IMG/VR virus record: IMGVR_UViG_3300021133_000001
Location: 1 to 64,000 of that record
Origin: a virus
Taxonomy: Duplodnaviria; Caudoviricetes
Length of the DNA: 64,000 nt
Direction: 5' to 3' (one strand)
Position 1 is the stretch's first letter. The number at the start of each line of letters is the position of its first letter. Of the stretch, positions 16,873 to 27,659 are shown piece after piece. The translations under genes and the position numbers were made by a program. The notes below the pieces were generated by a model, which did not search any database, was not told where the DNA came from, and saw only the letters and a list, made by a program, of their open reading frames with translations.

Positions 16873-17547
16873 TTATAGTAACTTATTTAACTCCGGTGCA
16901 AGCCAATTATCTACAAGTTCTTTATGAGAATCCGGACCATAATGACCGCCATCTACATAAGGATGCTTTCTTTCTTGTAACCAATTATGTGCACAACCAG
17001 GTACCCATTTAAATTTTTCTTTTAACCAAGTATACTCTGGTATAAAATGGCTCTCCATTGTAGCAAACCAAGACCATACAATAAAAGGAGTATTAAACTC
17101 TTTACATAAGCTTTGCATTATGTATATATCTTGCATAGCTTTATAATCTATCCACCTACTAGTAGCTATATGGTTAATCCATAATTCATCTATCTTAGTG
17201 TCTAAACCAAATTGATTTTTAAAGTTCTTTTCATTATTGACATGATTCCAAGTATAACAATTAATATCGTTAAACTTCTGCCCGCTGTTTAGATCATCAA
17301 TTCCGATATATGTTTGAGTGCTTTCCATACCCAATACTATTCTATTTGGAGAGGTAAGCTGTATTACAACTAAATCAGGCTTTTTATATTTTAATATGTA
17401 ATGTAGTTTTTCTATATAAAAACTGTTACCCGCTCCCGAACTACTGGCCCGAATTAAATTCCAACCGTATTTTTCTGTAAGAAAATCCGGCCAGCTTTTA
17501 CCACACAAAAGACTACTATGACTATCTCCAATTGCAGCTACGTTCAT
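16873..17547 (-). CDS. SGNH-like protein
   Basis: IGDSH, GAGN, VIQLTSPNR, DGGHYG. Confidence 0.75.
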   Translation of the reverse strand: MNVAAIGDSHSSLLCGKSWPDFLTEKYGWNLIRASSSGAGNSFYIEKLHYILKYKKPDLVVIQLTSPNRIVLGMESTQTYIGIDDLNSGQKFNDINCYTWNHVNNEKNFKNQFGLDTKIDELWINHIATSRWIDYKAMQDIYIMQSLCKEFNTPFIVWSWFATMESHFIPEYTWLKEKFKWVPGCAHNWLQERKHPYVDGGHYGPDSHKELVDNWLAPELNKLL

Positions 17548-17587
17548 ATGTATTGATTTACTTTACATTAACATTAAATATACGTAT

Positions 17588-17737
17588 ATGACACCTGAAC
17601 AAGCATTAAATGTATTAGCACAAGTAGCAGCAGCACATCTCTGCAACAAGCAAGATCGCTTAGTTATCGATCAATCTCTCGAAACACTAGCGAAACTTGT
17701 TAGCCAGCAATCGACTGATACTAAGACGTCAAGCTAA
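17588..17737 (+). CDS. 49-aa hypothetical protein (MTPEQALNVLAQVAAAHLCNKQDRLVIDQSLETLAKLVSQQSTDTKTSS)
   Basis: Translated by hand; TAAATA upstream; abuts next gene. Confidence 0.65.
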   Translation: MTPEQALNVLAQVAAAHLCNKQDRLVIDQSLETLAKLVSQQSTDTKTSS

Positions 17738-17738
17738 T

Positions 17739-18404
17739 ATGTCGATACCGGTTGACGGTTTCTTTCGTTACAAGAACGTACCGGTGCATCAAAACACTGA
17801 GTGTTTAGACATATTTAAAGCTTTCCTTTTAGAAAAACGCTTCACCCATATACTTGAAATAGGTACTGGGTTCGGAGGCTTTGCTATGTTTCTTAAAGAT
17901 ACTTTGCCAGAAGCAAAACTTATAACATATGATATTGAACGTAAAGATTCCTACAACCTATTATGGAATTATGGTGTAGATGCAAAACTTAGACAAGTGT
18001 TTAGTGAAGATATTAACTTAACAGATCACAATATATGCTATCAACAATTAGATGCTAATACTGTTAACTGTTACCCTGAAGCTAAATTAGTTGATATAGA
18101 AGCTAGAGACTTTTTAGCTGAGCCTGGACGTAAGCTAATATTATGTGATGGTGGTCATAAAGTAAGTGAGTTTAAGTGCTTGGCAGCTTTCCTCAAACCT
18201 GGTGACTTTATAATGGCTCACGATTATGCTGAGTCTTACGATAAGTTTAATGCAGAGATACGAAACAAGTACTGGGACTGGTGTGAGATAGAAGAAAAAT
18301 ATATAGAAGAACCAAGTAAGATGTACGGGTTAGAGTTCTATCAACAGTCTTTATTTGAAGAGATTGCTTGGGTATGCAAAAGAAAAAGCCTTACCGAAAA
18401 GTAA
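17739..18404 (+). CDS. SAM-dependent methyltransferase (CmcI/Methyltransf_24-like)
   Basis: ILEIGTGFGG, TYDI, LCDGGHK, IMAHDY; start revised to 17739. Confidence 0.8.
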   Translation: MSIPVDGFFRYKNVPVHQNTECLDIFKAFLLEKRFTHILEIGTGFGGFAMFLKDTLPEAKLITYDIERKDSYNLLWNYGVDAKLRQVFSEDINLTDHNICYQQLDANTVNCYPEAKLVDIEARDFLAEPGRKLILCDGGHKVSEFKCLAAFLKPGDFIMAHDYAESYDKFNAEIRNKYWDWCEIEEKYIEEPSKMYGLEFYQQSLFEEIAWVCKRKSLTEK

Positions 18405-18413
18405 GGCTTTTTT
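18383..18413. terminator. Bidirectional intrinsic terminator
   Basis: AAAAAGCCTTAC/GTAAGGCTTTTT between convergent genes. Confidence 0.85.
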
Positions 18414-18421
18414 GTTAATTG

Positions 18422-18691
18422 TTATTTCTTAACTGGCAGGGCTTCCTGTTTAGTTTTACCAGCTTTTTCTTTGTGTTTTTTGTGCTTAGCTACTTTTGGC
18501 TTTGCACCGTGTTTATGATGCTTTGCAGATTTGCATTTGCATTGAGTATCGCGATGTTGTAGCATCGCTGGTGGTTGTGGTAACCGTGCAAGGGCTGGAC
18601 GCTGTACAGCACCAAAGTGATGTCCTGCGCCATATGCTACGACGAGTGCCCCTACGACTGCTAATACTTTGAGGTATTTTTTGTAGTCCAT
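18422..18691 (-). CDS. Membrane-anchored His/Lys-rich small protein
   Basis: N-terminal hydrophobic helix, basic tail; TAAATA upstream. Confidence 0.65.
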   Translation of the reverse strand: MDYKKYLKVLAVVGALVVAYGAGHHFGAVQRPALARLPQPPAMLQHRDTQCKCKSAKHHKHGAKPKVAKHKKHKEKAGKTKQEALPVKK

Positions 18692-18745
18692 AGTCGTATA
18701 ATATTTACTTAACTTCCGAACCACTTCATCAGAAATTCAGGTACT

Positions 18746-19117
18746 TTATTCACTCGGATGTGTTGAGCGTATCCCACCATTGTTAAGCGGTACCCAACCA
18801 GCTCTTTTTAATTTATCCAGTTCGTTTTCTTGAGTAGGTGGAGTATATGTATTAGTAGAGGTATTGGTTGTAGGTTGTGGATAACCTCTAGCAGCTATTA
18901 CTGCTGCTTGATAGTGCATATTCTGAGTCTGAGTCTTTGTAGAGCTATTATCTTGCTCCATAAGTTTAATTAGTTGTTCAGCCTTATCCTTATTAGTAGT
19001 ATAGTACTCTACTAGCATTTGTCTCATCATATTAAACTCGCCTTTTACATTAGCTGAGTTAATATTGTTGCTTTTGCTAGCTAGAATCTTTACATAATCT
19101 CCTACATCGGTAAACAT
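18746..19117 (-). CDS. Hypothetical protein
   Basis: ORF track; TAAGTA upstream. Confidence 0.7.
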   Translation of the reverse strand: MFTDVGDYVKILASKSNNINSANVKGEFNMMRQMLVEYYTTNKDKAEQLIKLMEQDNSSTKTQTQNMHYQAAVIAARGYPQPTTNTSTNTYTPPTQENELDKLKRAGWVPLNNGGIRSTHPSE

Positions 19118-19172
19118 TCATATACTTAAAAGGCTTGCATTGATTTACAAGACCCTTATATTAATTAATTAC

Positions 19173-20030
19173 ATGTCAAAATTACTTAAACATCCTTCCG
19201 AAATGAAAGGCTCTTCTAGAAAAATCAACAAAGAGCTTAACGTAGCAATTGTATCGTACTGGAGGACAGGCACTACTAAATTAGGATTGTGGCTTAATGA
19301 AAACGGCTTTCTGTTTTTAGATGAACCTTACAGTGACTTCTATCAAGAATATCATTACCCTAGAATAGACCCTATTACTTTGACAAGTAGGAATATATTT
19401 ATTGCTAATAAAAAAATAGATGCTTGGATGCTTAATATGATACGTCATGCACCAGTGCCTACCTGTATTAAGATACAATTACCTCATATTTACAATACAT
19501 ATGAAAGAACCACGTTAATTGATAAAGTGTTCTTGTATAATTGCTTTCCTAATGCTTTATGCTTATATAGAAAAGACGTACACGAAATAGTAACTTCTAA
19601 TTTACTTGCTAAAATTAAAAATGCTTGGACGTCTCAAGATGTAGAAAGGAACAAGAATTATAACGACCCTGTTACTATACCTTTAAGTGATTATACAGAA
19701 GAACTTAAAGGCTTGTATAGACAGTGGAGTGAGTATTTATATGTGCCTAGTTTTACCGCTAACAACGAAATGTGGTTAACTTATGAGGATGATATTTTAC
19801 CACTACAAATATCTAAAGAACAAAAACCAATGCCGGATAAGACTAAGATTATCGCTAATTGGGATGAACTGGTTAGCTTTTACAATGAAAATGGAGCAGA
19901 AGACTTTAACGCTTTAACTGAATTAGTTATGGATTATAGAGAGCGTACTAAAGACAACTGGGCAGCGTTTAAAGCTAGAGTAGAGAACTATGGAGAGCTT
20001 TATAAAGAACTAGAAGAAAAGGTAACTTAA
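19173..20030 (+). CDS. Sulfotransferase-like protein (Stf0-like fold)
   Basis: WRTGTT PAPS-binding loop, LDEP, LYRKD..E..TS, TYED. Confidence 0.65.
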   Translation: MSKLLKHPSEMKGSSRKINKELNVAIVSYWRTGTTKLGLWLNENGFLFLDEPYSDFYQEYHYPRIDPITLTSRNIFIANKKIDAWMLNMIRHAPVPTCIKIQLPHIYNTYERTTLIDKVFLYNCFPNALCLYRKDVHEIVTSNLLAKIKNAWTSQDVERNKNYNDPVTIPLSDYTEELKGLYRQWSEYLYVPSFTANNEMWLTYEDDILPLQISKEQKPMPDKTKIIANWDELVSFYNENGAEDFNALTELVMDYRERTKDNWAAFKARVENYGELYKELEEKVT

Positions 20031-21316
20031 TCCCAGTCGTTTATTATTCTTTCTAAAAAATGATTACCATCTTGTAGGTGAGATACAAAAACATTATTGT
20101 TATAGTTCCACTCTAGAACAGGTAGCATATTGTATAGCATATCGTTAAGTTCTGCTTGAGACATGCTATAAATTTTTTTCACCACTTCCATTATTTTATC
20201 TAAACGTTCGATTTTATTAATAGTTTCATCATATGACTCATCTATAAAATTGCCGAAAGTTTTAAATCCCATATCTCTTAAAAGTCTTAAGCTAAACGGC
20301 TGACCTACTAAAATAAACGGTTGTAAACAGGTTATAGGTTTAAATATTTTTTCACTATAGTACATCCTAGTGGGGTCATGATCAAACCAGGTTTCAGTAA
20401 CCACATTAAAATAGCACTTTGTTTGAGCTTCAACATTTAAGTAGTTAGGATTTTCTTTTTTTATATCTTTTACATCATAAACAAGCGGTACATGCTTTTT
20501 TAAATACTCCACATCTATATTAAGGTGATAGGGAAAAGGATTAGACTTTAAACCAGCAACATTATCAATGTAGTCTACACCGCAGTGAGTCACTATAGCA
20601 TCTTCTACTAAATTATTTTTAAGCATTCTTTCAACTAGATAACCTCTATGCTCTCTAGGTGCACGATTAAAACATAAATACTTTTTAGGTCTAGATACTT
20701 TATTAATTATATTATTTTTTATTTCATTATATTTTTCTGGGGTAACGTAATCTATATTATAGTACTTTGCACTTTGAAAAACATTATAATAATAACCCTT
20801 TATATTAAATTGTTTTAAATGCGCCTCGCACAACACATTACCATCTGCATACACAATACCATGCTGTGGTAAGCCGTTATTTTTGATCATGTTCTGTATA
20901 TATGTGATGACAGGATCAAACTGAATAGGTGCAAACCCTGTACCTTCATAGCCTATAAATATAACTATTCTCGCTTTATTGTTTTTTACATCATTTAGTA
21001 TTAATTTGGGTATAGTAAAAAAATTATCGTATTTAAACATTTGCGGGTAGTTCCAAGGTTTCGATATATCTAAAAAATACAAATACTTTTCATCTTTAGG
21101 TAAGACCCCTGATTCAAGCTCTTTGTAATGGAACAGTTTTACATTATCTGACTTTGTACCGTTGCGAAAAATTATATGTAAATTATACCCGCCAGGCCCG
21201 AGTTGAAAATAACAAAGATTGTATTTTTCTTGATCATTTTTTTCTATACCGTTAGGCCATACAAGATCTGTTTTATCTTCATTTAAATGTTCAAATACTA
21301 TATTAATGTTTTGCAT
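20027..21316 (-). CDS. GT-B glycosyltransferase-like protein (GT10/exostosin-like)
   Basis: NRxPRxHR, VVTET, SEKIFKPI, QPF..VG, GFKTF..DESYD. Confidence 0.65.
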   Translation of the reverse strand: MQNINIVFEHLNEDKTDLVWPNGIEKNDQEKYNLCYFQLGPGGYNLHIIFRNGTKSDNVKLFHYKELESGVLPKDEKYLYFLDISKPWNYPQMFKYDNFFTIPKLILNDVKNNKARIVIFIGYEGTGFAPIQFDPVITYIQNMIKNNGLPQHGIVYADGNVLCEAHLKQFNIKGYYYNVFQSAKYYNIDYVTPEKYNEIKNNIINKVSRPKKYLCFNRAPREHRGYLVERMLKNNLVEDAIVTHCGVDYIDNVAGLKSNPFPYHLNIDVEYLKKHVPLVYDVKDIKKENPNYLNVEAQTKCYFNVVTETWFDHDPTRMYYSEKIFKPITCLQPFILVGQPFSLRLLRDMGFKTFGNFIDESYDETINKIERLDKIMEVVKKIYSMSQAELNDMLYNMLPVLEWNYNNNVFVSHLQDGNHFLERIINDWD

Positions 21317-21317
21317 G

Positions 21318-22550
21318 TTACCAATTGTTGAGTATAGAATGTGCGAGTACTACACAATTGTAATTCGATGACACAATTTGTTCATGAGTGTTGTAATTGT
21401 GTTCTAAAATCGGATACATACTATATAATAAATCAGTTAATTGTTGAGAGGATAGGCTTTGTATGTATTTAATTACTTCAATAATTTTATCCAACCTAAC
21501 TTTACTATCTATAATGCTATCATAAGACTCGTCAATAAAACCCTCAAACGTTTTATATCCCATATCTCTTAAGTATTTTAAGTAATAAGGTTGACCTACT
21601 ATTACAAAAGGCTGTAAACAAACTATTGACTTAAAAACCTTTTCACTGTAGAACATTCTAGTACTATCGTGATCAAAATAAGTTTCTGTTATTATGTTAA
21701 AAGTAGCCTCTGTTTGTAGTGTGGGGTCAGGCTGAGTGATATCAGCTGTAGGGTTTAAAATATTGTTCTGATCATGTATTAGAGGCATACGCTCCTTTAA
21801 TTTTTCTAACTTACTTTCGTAGCAATTACTAAGATCGGTAGTGAATCTCTCTGGAAAAGTAACAATATTGTCTTTTATCATATCAAGCTCTAACAATCGA
21901 TTAACCATCCAAGCTCTATGCGCAACCGGTTTTCGATTAAGACAGATAGCTTTTTTGGGTCTATGTTTTTTGTTAAGTATTGCTTCTTTTATATCACTAA
22001 CTATTGGAGTTATTATATTTCTGTAAAACAGAGTATGCTGCCAAAAGCTTAAATACTCTCCTTGTATGCCTTCTTTATTTAAAATAGTAGGGGCTAAGTA
22101 ATTTGAATCAACGTATATAAATCTACTTAACGGTATATTATAAAATAGAGATTGATTTTTAATTAATTTAATTTTATGCTTAGTACAGTTCATAGGGTTA
22201 CTATCATCAGCAAACCCATCCCCTTCTGCACTATTGATAAACATAATTTTTGCTTTACCGTTTATTGTATCCTGTACTACCTGATCTGGTATGAATAGCT
22301 TAGAGTCTTTTTTTACTCTCCAAAACTGTACATTACTTGTTTCTATAGGGTATATATATTTCTCTGTATTTGTTAAACTGAATACCCCAGTTTGTATGCC
22401 TAATTTTAAAAAATGGTCTATTGAATAACCAAACGAATACACCATAGATTCAAAACCAGTATTATCATCTCTTTCAATACCGTTAGGCCAATCTGGTAGG
22501 TTTGTATCTTTATTTAAATATGTATACACTAACCCCAAACTATCATTCAT
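21318..22550 (-). CDS. GT10/exostosin-like protein, paralog
   Basis: NRKPVAHR, ITET, SEKVFK, GYKTF..DESYD. Confidence 0.65.
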   Translation of the reverse strand: MNDSLGLVYTYLNKDTNLPDWPNGIERDDNTGFESMVYSFGYSIDHFLKLGIQTGVFSLTNTEKYIYPIETSNVQFWRVKKDSKLFIPDQVVQDTINGKAKIMFINSAEGDGFADDSNPMNCTKHKIKLIKNQSLFYNIPLSRFIYVDSNYLAPTILNKEGIQGEYLSFWQHTLFYRNIITPIVSDIKEAILNKKHRPKKAICLNRKPVAHRAWMVNRLLELDMIKDNIVTFPERFTTDLSNCYESKLEKLKERMPLIHDQNNILNPTADITQPDPTLQTEATFNIITETYFDHDSTRMFYSEKVFKSIVCLQPFVIVGQPYYLKYLRDMGYKTFEGFIDESYDSIIDSKVRLDKIIEVIKYIQSLSSQQLTDLLYSMYPILEHNYNTHEQIVSSNYNCVVLAHSILNNW

Positions 22551-22971
22551 ATATTTCCGGATGCATCTTACCAAAGCTTCTCATTATAACTCCAGCTTTT
22601 GCATTAGCTTCGTTTTCAATATCGGAACCAGTTTCTCCAGACTGATTAATATTTTGATCGTTAATAACACCGCTTTCTTTTTGATGGTAATGTGTTAACT
22701 CATGCGCAATAGTACGTAAAACATCTGCAAGATTACGATTAGCACCAGCTACAACTATCTTGTTCTCCACAACATTGAAGTGACCAAATGTTTTATTTTT
22801 TGAACCAAACGCAGGATCACTATTAAGTATTATTTTAGGGTAAGGTTTATTTATACCTAGCTGCTCACATGCATAAGTTATAAATACCCCTATAACATGT
22901 TTACGTTGATCATGTTCTAACTTTTCTTCATTTAGAAGCTGAGAGTATTTTTCTTGTAAAACTTTATGCAT
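22543..22971 (-). CDS. Zincin-like metallopeptidase
   Basis: LRTIAHELTH (HExxH) and ExEAN; TATAAATA upstream; VLQEKY N-terminus. Confidence 0.75.
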   Translation of the reverse strand: MHKVLQEKYSQLLNEEKLEHDQRKHVIGVFITYACEQLGINKPYPKIILNSDPAFGSKNKTFGHFNVVENKIVVAGANRNLADVLRTIAHELTHYHQKESGVINDQNINQSGETGSDIENEANAKAGVIMRSFGKMHPEIYE

Positions 22972-22989
22972 TTTAATATTTATATAATA

Positions 22990-24366
22990 TTACCAGTTAT
23001 TATATATACCGTGTATGAGATCTAATACTGGCTTAACAGCCATATTACTCATACCCACTACCCTGTACCCTGTTTCATCATAATATCTTTCTTTAGTTAA
23101 CTTTTTAAACAAATCTTGATTATATTGACAGATAGGTTTCATTTGCTCTCTTATAGCTTTTAATTCGTCTACTGTCTTGTCCTTATATTTGTTTAAGTTA
23201 TTAACAATGATACTTATTTTTTCTTTTAAACTTATGGCTGTATCATATGATTCATCAAACCATTCACCATAAGTCTTAAAACCCAAGTTTCTTAGATACA
23301 TTAAAGTACCATTACCACCTAAAAGCATAAACGGTTGCCCGACCACGATCGGTTTCCATAATTTCTCTGATATAAACAGACTACCAGTCTCTACTATAGT
23401 CTCAGTAGTAATATATACGAATGTACGAGTACAGAGATCTAAGTTAATATTACCCGCTAAATTATCAGTAGAATCCACATCTACTATTTCGTATACATTG
23501 TTAAATAAACGCATAGCGCAATCTAATAATTTAGAATCATATAAGTTTATTACGTATTTAAATTGTTGTATATCTTTATACGAAGGGTTGCTACGCAGGT
23601 TATAACTATTTAATCCCTTGTCATATAAATTAGCGTATAGTAATTCCGATAACAGATATATTCTATGTACTCTAGGTATTCTGTTAAGATTTAAATAAAG
23701 AAATCTATCATCTTTAGGTAAGAATTCTACTATACTGTCGTAGTTAAAAGGATCGTTCCATGTTTCAAACGTAGTTACGCCTTCAACGTTATAAGGCACA
23801 GAGTTTTTCATAGCCTCAGAACAACATAGTAAATTACCGTTAATATAATAAACGTTTTTAGGTGGTAAGTTTACTTTAGTTATCCATTCATTAAGTATCT
23901 CAAAATCATTTGGTGCGATCTGAGTACGAGATGTTCCCTCTGTTGCCATTACCAGTACTATTTTAGCTTTATTATTCCTTACATCTTCTAACACTTGTGT
24001 AGAAATTTTACTAAAACCTATATCGTAATTGTGTTCAAAGTACATTACGGAATGGATATTAATTACATACAAATACTTCTTACAATCAGACGGTAAGTCT
24101 TTTACTTCATAATAGGTACAAAACCCTTGAAGGGGTAGAAAAGAGTTACCAGCTGCAATGGTGCGTAACGAGTCTTTTCGACTACCATCACCCCATTTAG
24201 CATTACTCCAACCAGTATACGTACCAGTACCTACAGTATGAAATGCACCATTTGCTGTATCAATATTATCCAAGTCTGCATTCTCAATTACGCAAATTAT
24301 ATCGTTGTATTTAGTACAAAAAATATTATGCGGCTTTTTTAAATCTTCCCAATTCGGCGTTACCAT
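22990..24366 (-). CDS. GT10/exostosin-like protein, paralog
   Basis: NRIPRVHR, TTET, SEKLWKPI, GFKTY..DESYD. Confidence 0.65.
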   Translation of the reverse strand: MVTPNWEDLKKPHNIFCTKYNDIICVIENADLDNIDTANGAFHTVGTGTYTGWSNAKWGDGSRKDSLRTIAAGNSFLPLQGFCTYYEVKDLPSDCKKYLYVINIHSVMYFEHNYDIGFSKISTQVLEDVRNNKAKIVLVMATEGTSRTQIAPNDFEILNEWITKVNLPPKNVYYINGNLLCCSEAMKNSVPYNVEGVTTFETWNDPFNYDSIVEFLPKDDRFLYLNLNRIPRVHRIYLLSELLYANLYDKGLNSYNLRSNPSYKDIQQFKYVINLYDSKLLDCAMRLFNNVYEIVDVDSTDNLAGNINLDLCTRTFVYITTETIVETGSLFISEKLWKPIVVGQPFMLLGGNGTLMYLRNLGFKTYGEWFDESYDTAISLKEKISIIVNNLNKYKDKTVDELKAIREQMKPICQYNQDLFKKLTKERYYDETGYRVVGMSNMAVKPVLDLIHGIYNNW

Positions 24367-24368
24367 TT

Positions 24369-25061
24369 TTATAAAGATAGAGTCGCGGTTGTATCAGCAA
24401 TGTTAGATGTAATTACTTTATATAATTCTGATGCAAACTTAACGTTCAGCTCATGAGTAAAATGATTACTTATTCTAGGATTTAAACCCTCTCTAGGTAC
24501 CTTATCTTCAGCTGCAACATATTCATTAAGTACGTTAGTAATAGTCACTCCCTTTTTAAATATGTTAATTTGATCGTCCCCAAACCTAAAACAATGTAAA
24601 TGTATTACCTTTTCAATATTATTGTTTACTACAATTTCAACTAGTTCATTAAACCAGGCTTGATTGGACCAATTATGAAAATCTACTGAATATAAATACT
24701 TGTAATAAAGAGCAGCAGCTTGGTTAAGGTCTTTACTATCTACGTAATCAGGCCCGGTTGTACTTTGTAAGTTAAAGTCTCTTTCTACACTTGCAAAGTT
24801 AATAGGTCTATTAAGATCGCTCCAAATTCGGTGAGCTTCAGTATGGCACAGTACCAATACTTTACAAGGCGCTTTTTTAAGCTCTAACAACAGTTCTTTC
24901 CTTACAGACCACCAAGACTGACCACCAAAGCCTTTACCGCGTGGTAATTCCTTTGTACCTGTTAATAGTTTAGTTAAATAAACAGGCCAATCTGTTTCTT
25001 TTTCTCTATGTACACAAAAGCTATCCCCCACTATAATTATATCTTCCGGTTTGTATGTCAT
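24369..25061 (-). CDS. SGNH-like protein
   Basis: VGDSF, GFGGQS, CHTExxR, SNHFT..N. Confidence 0.7.
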   Translation of the reverse strand: MTYKPEDIIIVGDSFCVHREKETDWPVYLTKLLTGTKELPRGKGFGGQSWWSVRKELLLELKKAPCKVLVLCHTEAHRIWSDLNRPINFASVERDFNLQSTTGPDYVDSKDLNQAAALYYKYLYSVDFHNWSNQAWFNELVEIVVNNNIEKVIHLHCFRFGDDQINIFKKGVTITNVLNEYVAAEDKVPREGLNPRISNHFTHELNVKFASELYKVITSNIADTTATLSL

Positions 25062-25065
25062 GATA

Positions 25066-26397
25066 TTATGCGTGTGCAAACTCTTCAGTATCGTCTGCTT
25101 TTTTTAATGGTGGTACGTCAATTAAAAATACATCATTCAGCTCTGGTATAACGTCATATGTTTTTTCATCTCTAATTTTATCGAGCTTTTCTGTCATTTC
25201 AATAAATGTCTTTTTAGCTTCTGCATTATGAGGTAAAGTTAATTGATGCTTAATATATGCAAACTTATCTGTATAATCAGCGTTATAAGTTTGTTTCATT
25301 TTTTCTATAAAAGCATTTAATTTATCAGTTATTTGCTGTCTAAAATTATCGCTTAATATAGAGACGTGATACTGTATAGGTGTTTCAAGTAAGTTAATAA
25401 ACCAGTTTTGATAGTTATGCTTCTCTTTAATAACGCCTATATATATTAAATGTTCAATCATTTCAGGTAATCTAAATACGTTAAATGCACTAATAGTCAT
25501 ACCAGGACGTACTTCAATGTCTAGTTCGGACATTGCTTTAAGATTTGCTTCTACATCAGCCCATATAGTACCTTTTCTGATTAGCTCAGCTCTAGGTCCA
25601 ATCTCGTCAATACTTGGCCATACTGAAATTTTATCTGGATCCCATTTGCGCCAGTAATCTAATACATTTTTACCTTTATACTTTAAGTTACTTGTATTAG
25701 TATTGTAGCATATGAATACATCTGTCCTGCCTTGTTCCAAAAGAGTATCAAGGATAAAATAATGTTCATCCATAATTAAAGGCTCACCACCTGCAAAATA
25801 TATTTTACGCACTTCTGCGGTATGTTTCTTTAAGAACTCAAAACGACTCTCATTATCAACGTTATCAGTCTTTTTAACCTTATTGACCCAGAGTTTCATT
25901 CCATCGTGCTCAGGCTTTGGTTCAATGCCACCATGATACAACTGCTTTGCATCTTCTACCCAAGCTGAACTATAAGTAGGTCCGCAAGATCTACATCTAA
26001 AATTACATTTATTACTGAACCTAAAATCCCAATACTTTAAGTCAATTTTACTACAAGAGCCGTCTTCAGCTGTAATCTCAGCTACCTCAGCTATTTTATC
26101 TCGGAAGTACCAATTGTGGTATACTCTGTTACTTTCACCTGGCGTAACTCTTTCTTTATCAAAACACTTACGACAAGCTTTAGGTTCTACACCTGCAAGC
26201 ATTTGCTTACGAAGAGTTTTCATATTATCACTATTCCATATCTCTTCAATAGACATAGTGTTAAGGTTACCTGCTTCGTAGTTCTGTTCAGCAGTCATAC
26301 AACAAGGTATAACCTTTCCATCTGGTTCAAAAGCTAAGTGTGTCCAGGGTATGGTACAAAAAGTTGGGCTCGGTGTATTGACTTCAGTAGTTGGCAT
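25066..26397 (-). CDS. Radical SAM protein with N-terminal SPASM/twitch-like domain
   Basis: CTIPW..PCC..CRKC; CNFRCRSC; FAGGEPL. Confidence 0.92.
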   Translation of the reverse strand: MPTTEVNTPSPTFCTIPWTHLAFEPDGKVIPCCMTAEQNYEAGNLNTMSIEEIWNSDNMKTLRKQMLAGVEPKACRKCFDKERVTPGESNRVYHNWYFRDKIAEVAEITAEDGSCSKIDLKYWDFRFSNKCNFRCRSCGPTYSSAWVEDAKQLYHGGIEPKPEHDGMKLWVNKVKKTDNVDNESRFEFLKKHTAEVRKIYFAGGEPLIMDEHYFILDTLLEQGRTDVFICYNTNTSNLKYKGKNVLDYWRKWDPDKISVWPSIDEIGPRAELIRKGTIWADVEANLKAMSELDIEVRPGMTISAFNVFRLPEMIEHLIYIGVIKEKHNYQNWFINLLETPIQYHVSILSDNFRQQITDKLNAFIEKMKQTYNADYTDKFAYIKHQLTLPHNAEAKKTFIEMTEKLDKIRDEKTYDVIPELNDVFLIDVPPLKKADDTEEFAHA

Positions 26398-26411
26398 TTT
26401 TAAAATATTTA

Positions 26412-27659
26412 TTAAGGTTGTTCAAGCATGCACTTTAATTCTGGTATAACTTCAAAGATATTTTCATTTCTAATTCCATCTAATTTTATATTAAACTCAA
26501 AAAACTTATCTTTGTATTCTGGATTATGAGGTTCATCTAATAATTTAAGAACATAATTAAATCTGGAAGTTAAATCGAAATCGGTTTTCTCCTTGAACTC
26601 AGTTAAAAAGTTCTCTATCTTTATTTTTGTTTTTAATTTAAATTCATCGGGTAACGCTGTAATATGTAAAGATTCAGGAGAGTCAATTACATTTATGTTA
26701 AAATTTAAGTAGGCCTGTTTTTTATCTAGTACGTCGTTTTTAAAGAAATATGCTATTATTTCTGGTAATCTGTATACATTTAACGCTCCGGTAGTTACAT
26801 TAGGTCTAATATGATAACCCTCTTTAACTAGCTTCTTTAAATTCATTTCTATTTTAAACCAATCTGAACCCTTTCTTACGAATTCTGCTCTTTCTCCTAT
26901 TTCATCAATACTAGGCCAGATTTGTAAATTTTTCTTTGGCCATTTATTCCAAAAGTCAATTACATTCCAGTTTTTATATACAAGTGTATTTAAATTAGTA
27001 TTATAATTTATATTACAATTAGTATTACCAGCTTCTAATAACATCTCTAACACCTCGTAGTGCTCGTCCATTATAAGAGGCTCTCCACCAGCAAAGTAAA
27101 TTTGCTTTACTTTACTCACATGTTCTTTAATAAAATCTAACTTCGTCTTACCCTCTACATTTTCTAGGTTTGTAAGTTTTTCTCTTTCTGTTATAGACAT
27201 GTCATGTGCCCAAAGCTTTTTAGCATCTGGTACCCAAGCTGAACTAAAGTTGGGTCCGCATGACCTACATCTTAAATTACATTTATTACTAAATCTGAAG
27301 TCCCAATATATAAGATCAAATTGCTCGTTATACCCGTCTTCTCTTGTATAATACTCTACGGCTTCTAGTTCTTTTTTAAATACATTATTATCTGCTGTAC
27401 GAGTAGAGGAGCCTGTACTCTCTTCTATTCTATAACATCTATCACACCAAGCTGGCTTTTTATCTTCCAGCATATCTTTTCTTAGTTGCATCATTGCAGG
27501 ACTATTCCATATCTCTTCCAAGGATTGAGTCTTAAGATTACCTACTATAGTCTTTTCTTCATCCATAATACAGCACGGACGCACGTTACCGTTAGGTAAA
27601 AAGTTTAAATGGGTCCAAGGTCTAATACAAATAGACTTATTTGAAGTACAAGAAGACAT
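26412..27659 (-). CDS. Radical SAM protein with N-terminal SPASM/twitch-like domain
   Basis: CIRPW..PCC..CDRC; CNLRCRSC; FAGGEPL. Confidence 0.92.
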   Translation of the reverse strand: MSSCTSNKSICIRPWTHLNFLPNGNVRPCCIMDEEKTIVGNLKTQSLEEIWNSPAMMQLRKDMLEDKKPAWCDRCYRIEESTGSSTRTADNNVFKKELEAVEYYTREDGYNEQFDLIYWDFRFSNKCNLRCRSCGPNFSSAWVPDAKKLWAHDMSITEREKLTNLENVEGKTKLDFIKEHVSKVKQIYFAGGEPLIMDEHYEVLEMLLEAGNTNCNINYNTNLNTLVYKNWNVIDFWNKWPKKNLQIWPSIDEIGERAEFVRKGSDWFKIEMNLKKLVKEGYHIRPNVTTGALNVYRLPEIIAYFFKNDVLDKKQAYLNFNINVIDSPESLHITALPDEFKLKTKIKIENFLTEFKEKTDFDLTSRFNYVLKLLDEPHNPEYKDKFFEFNIKLDGIRNENIFEVIPELKCMLEQP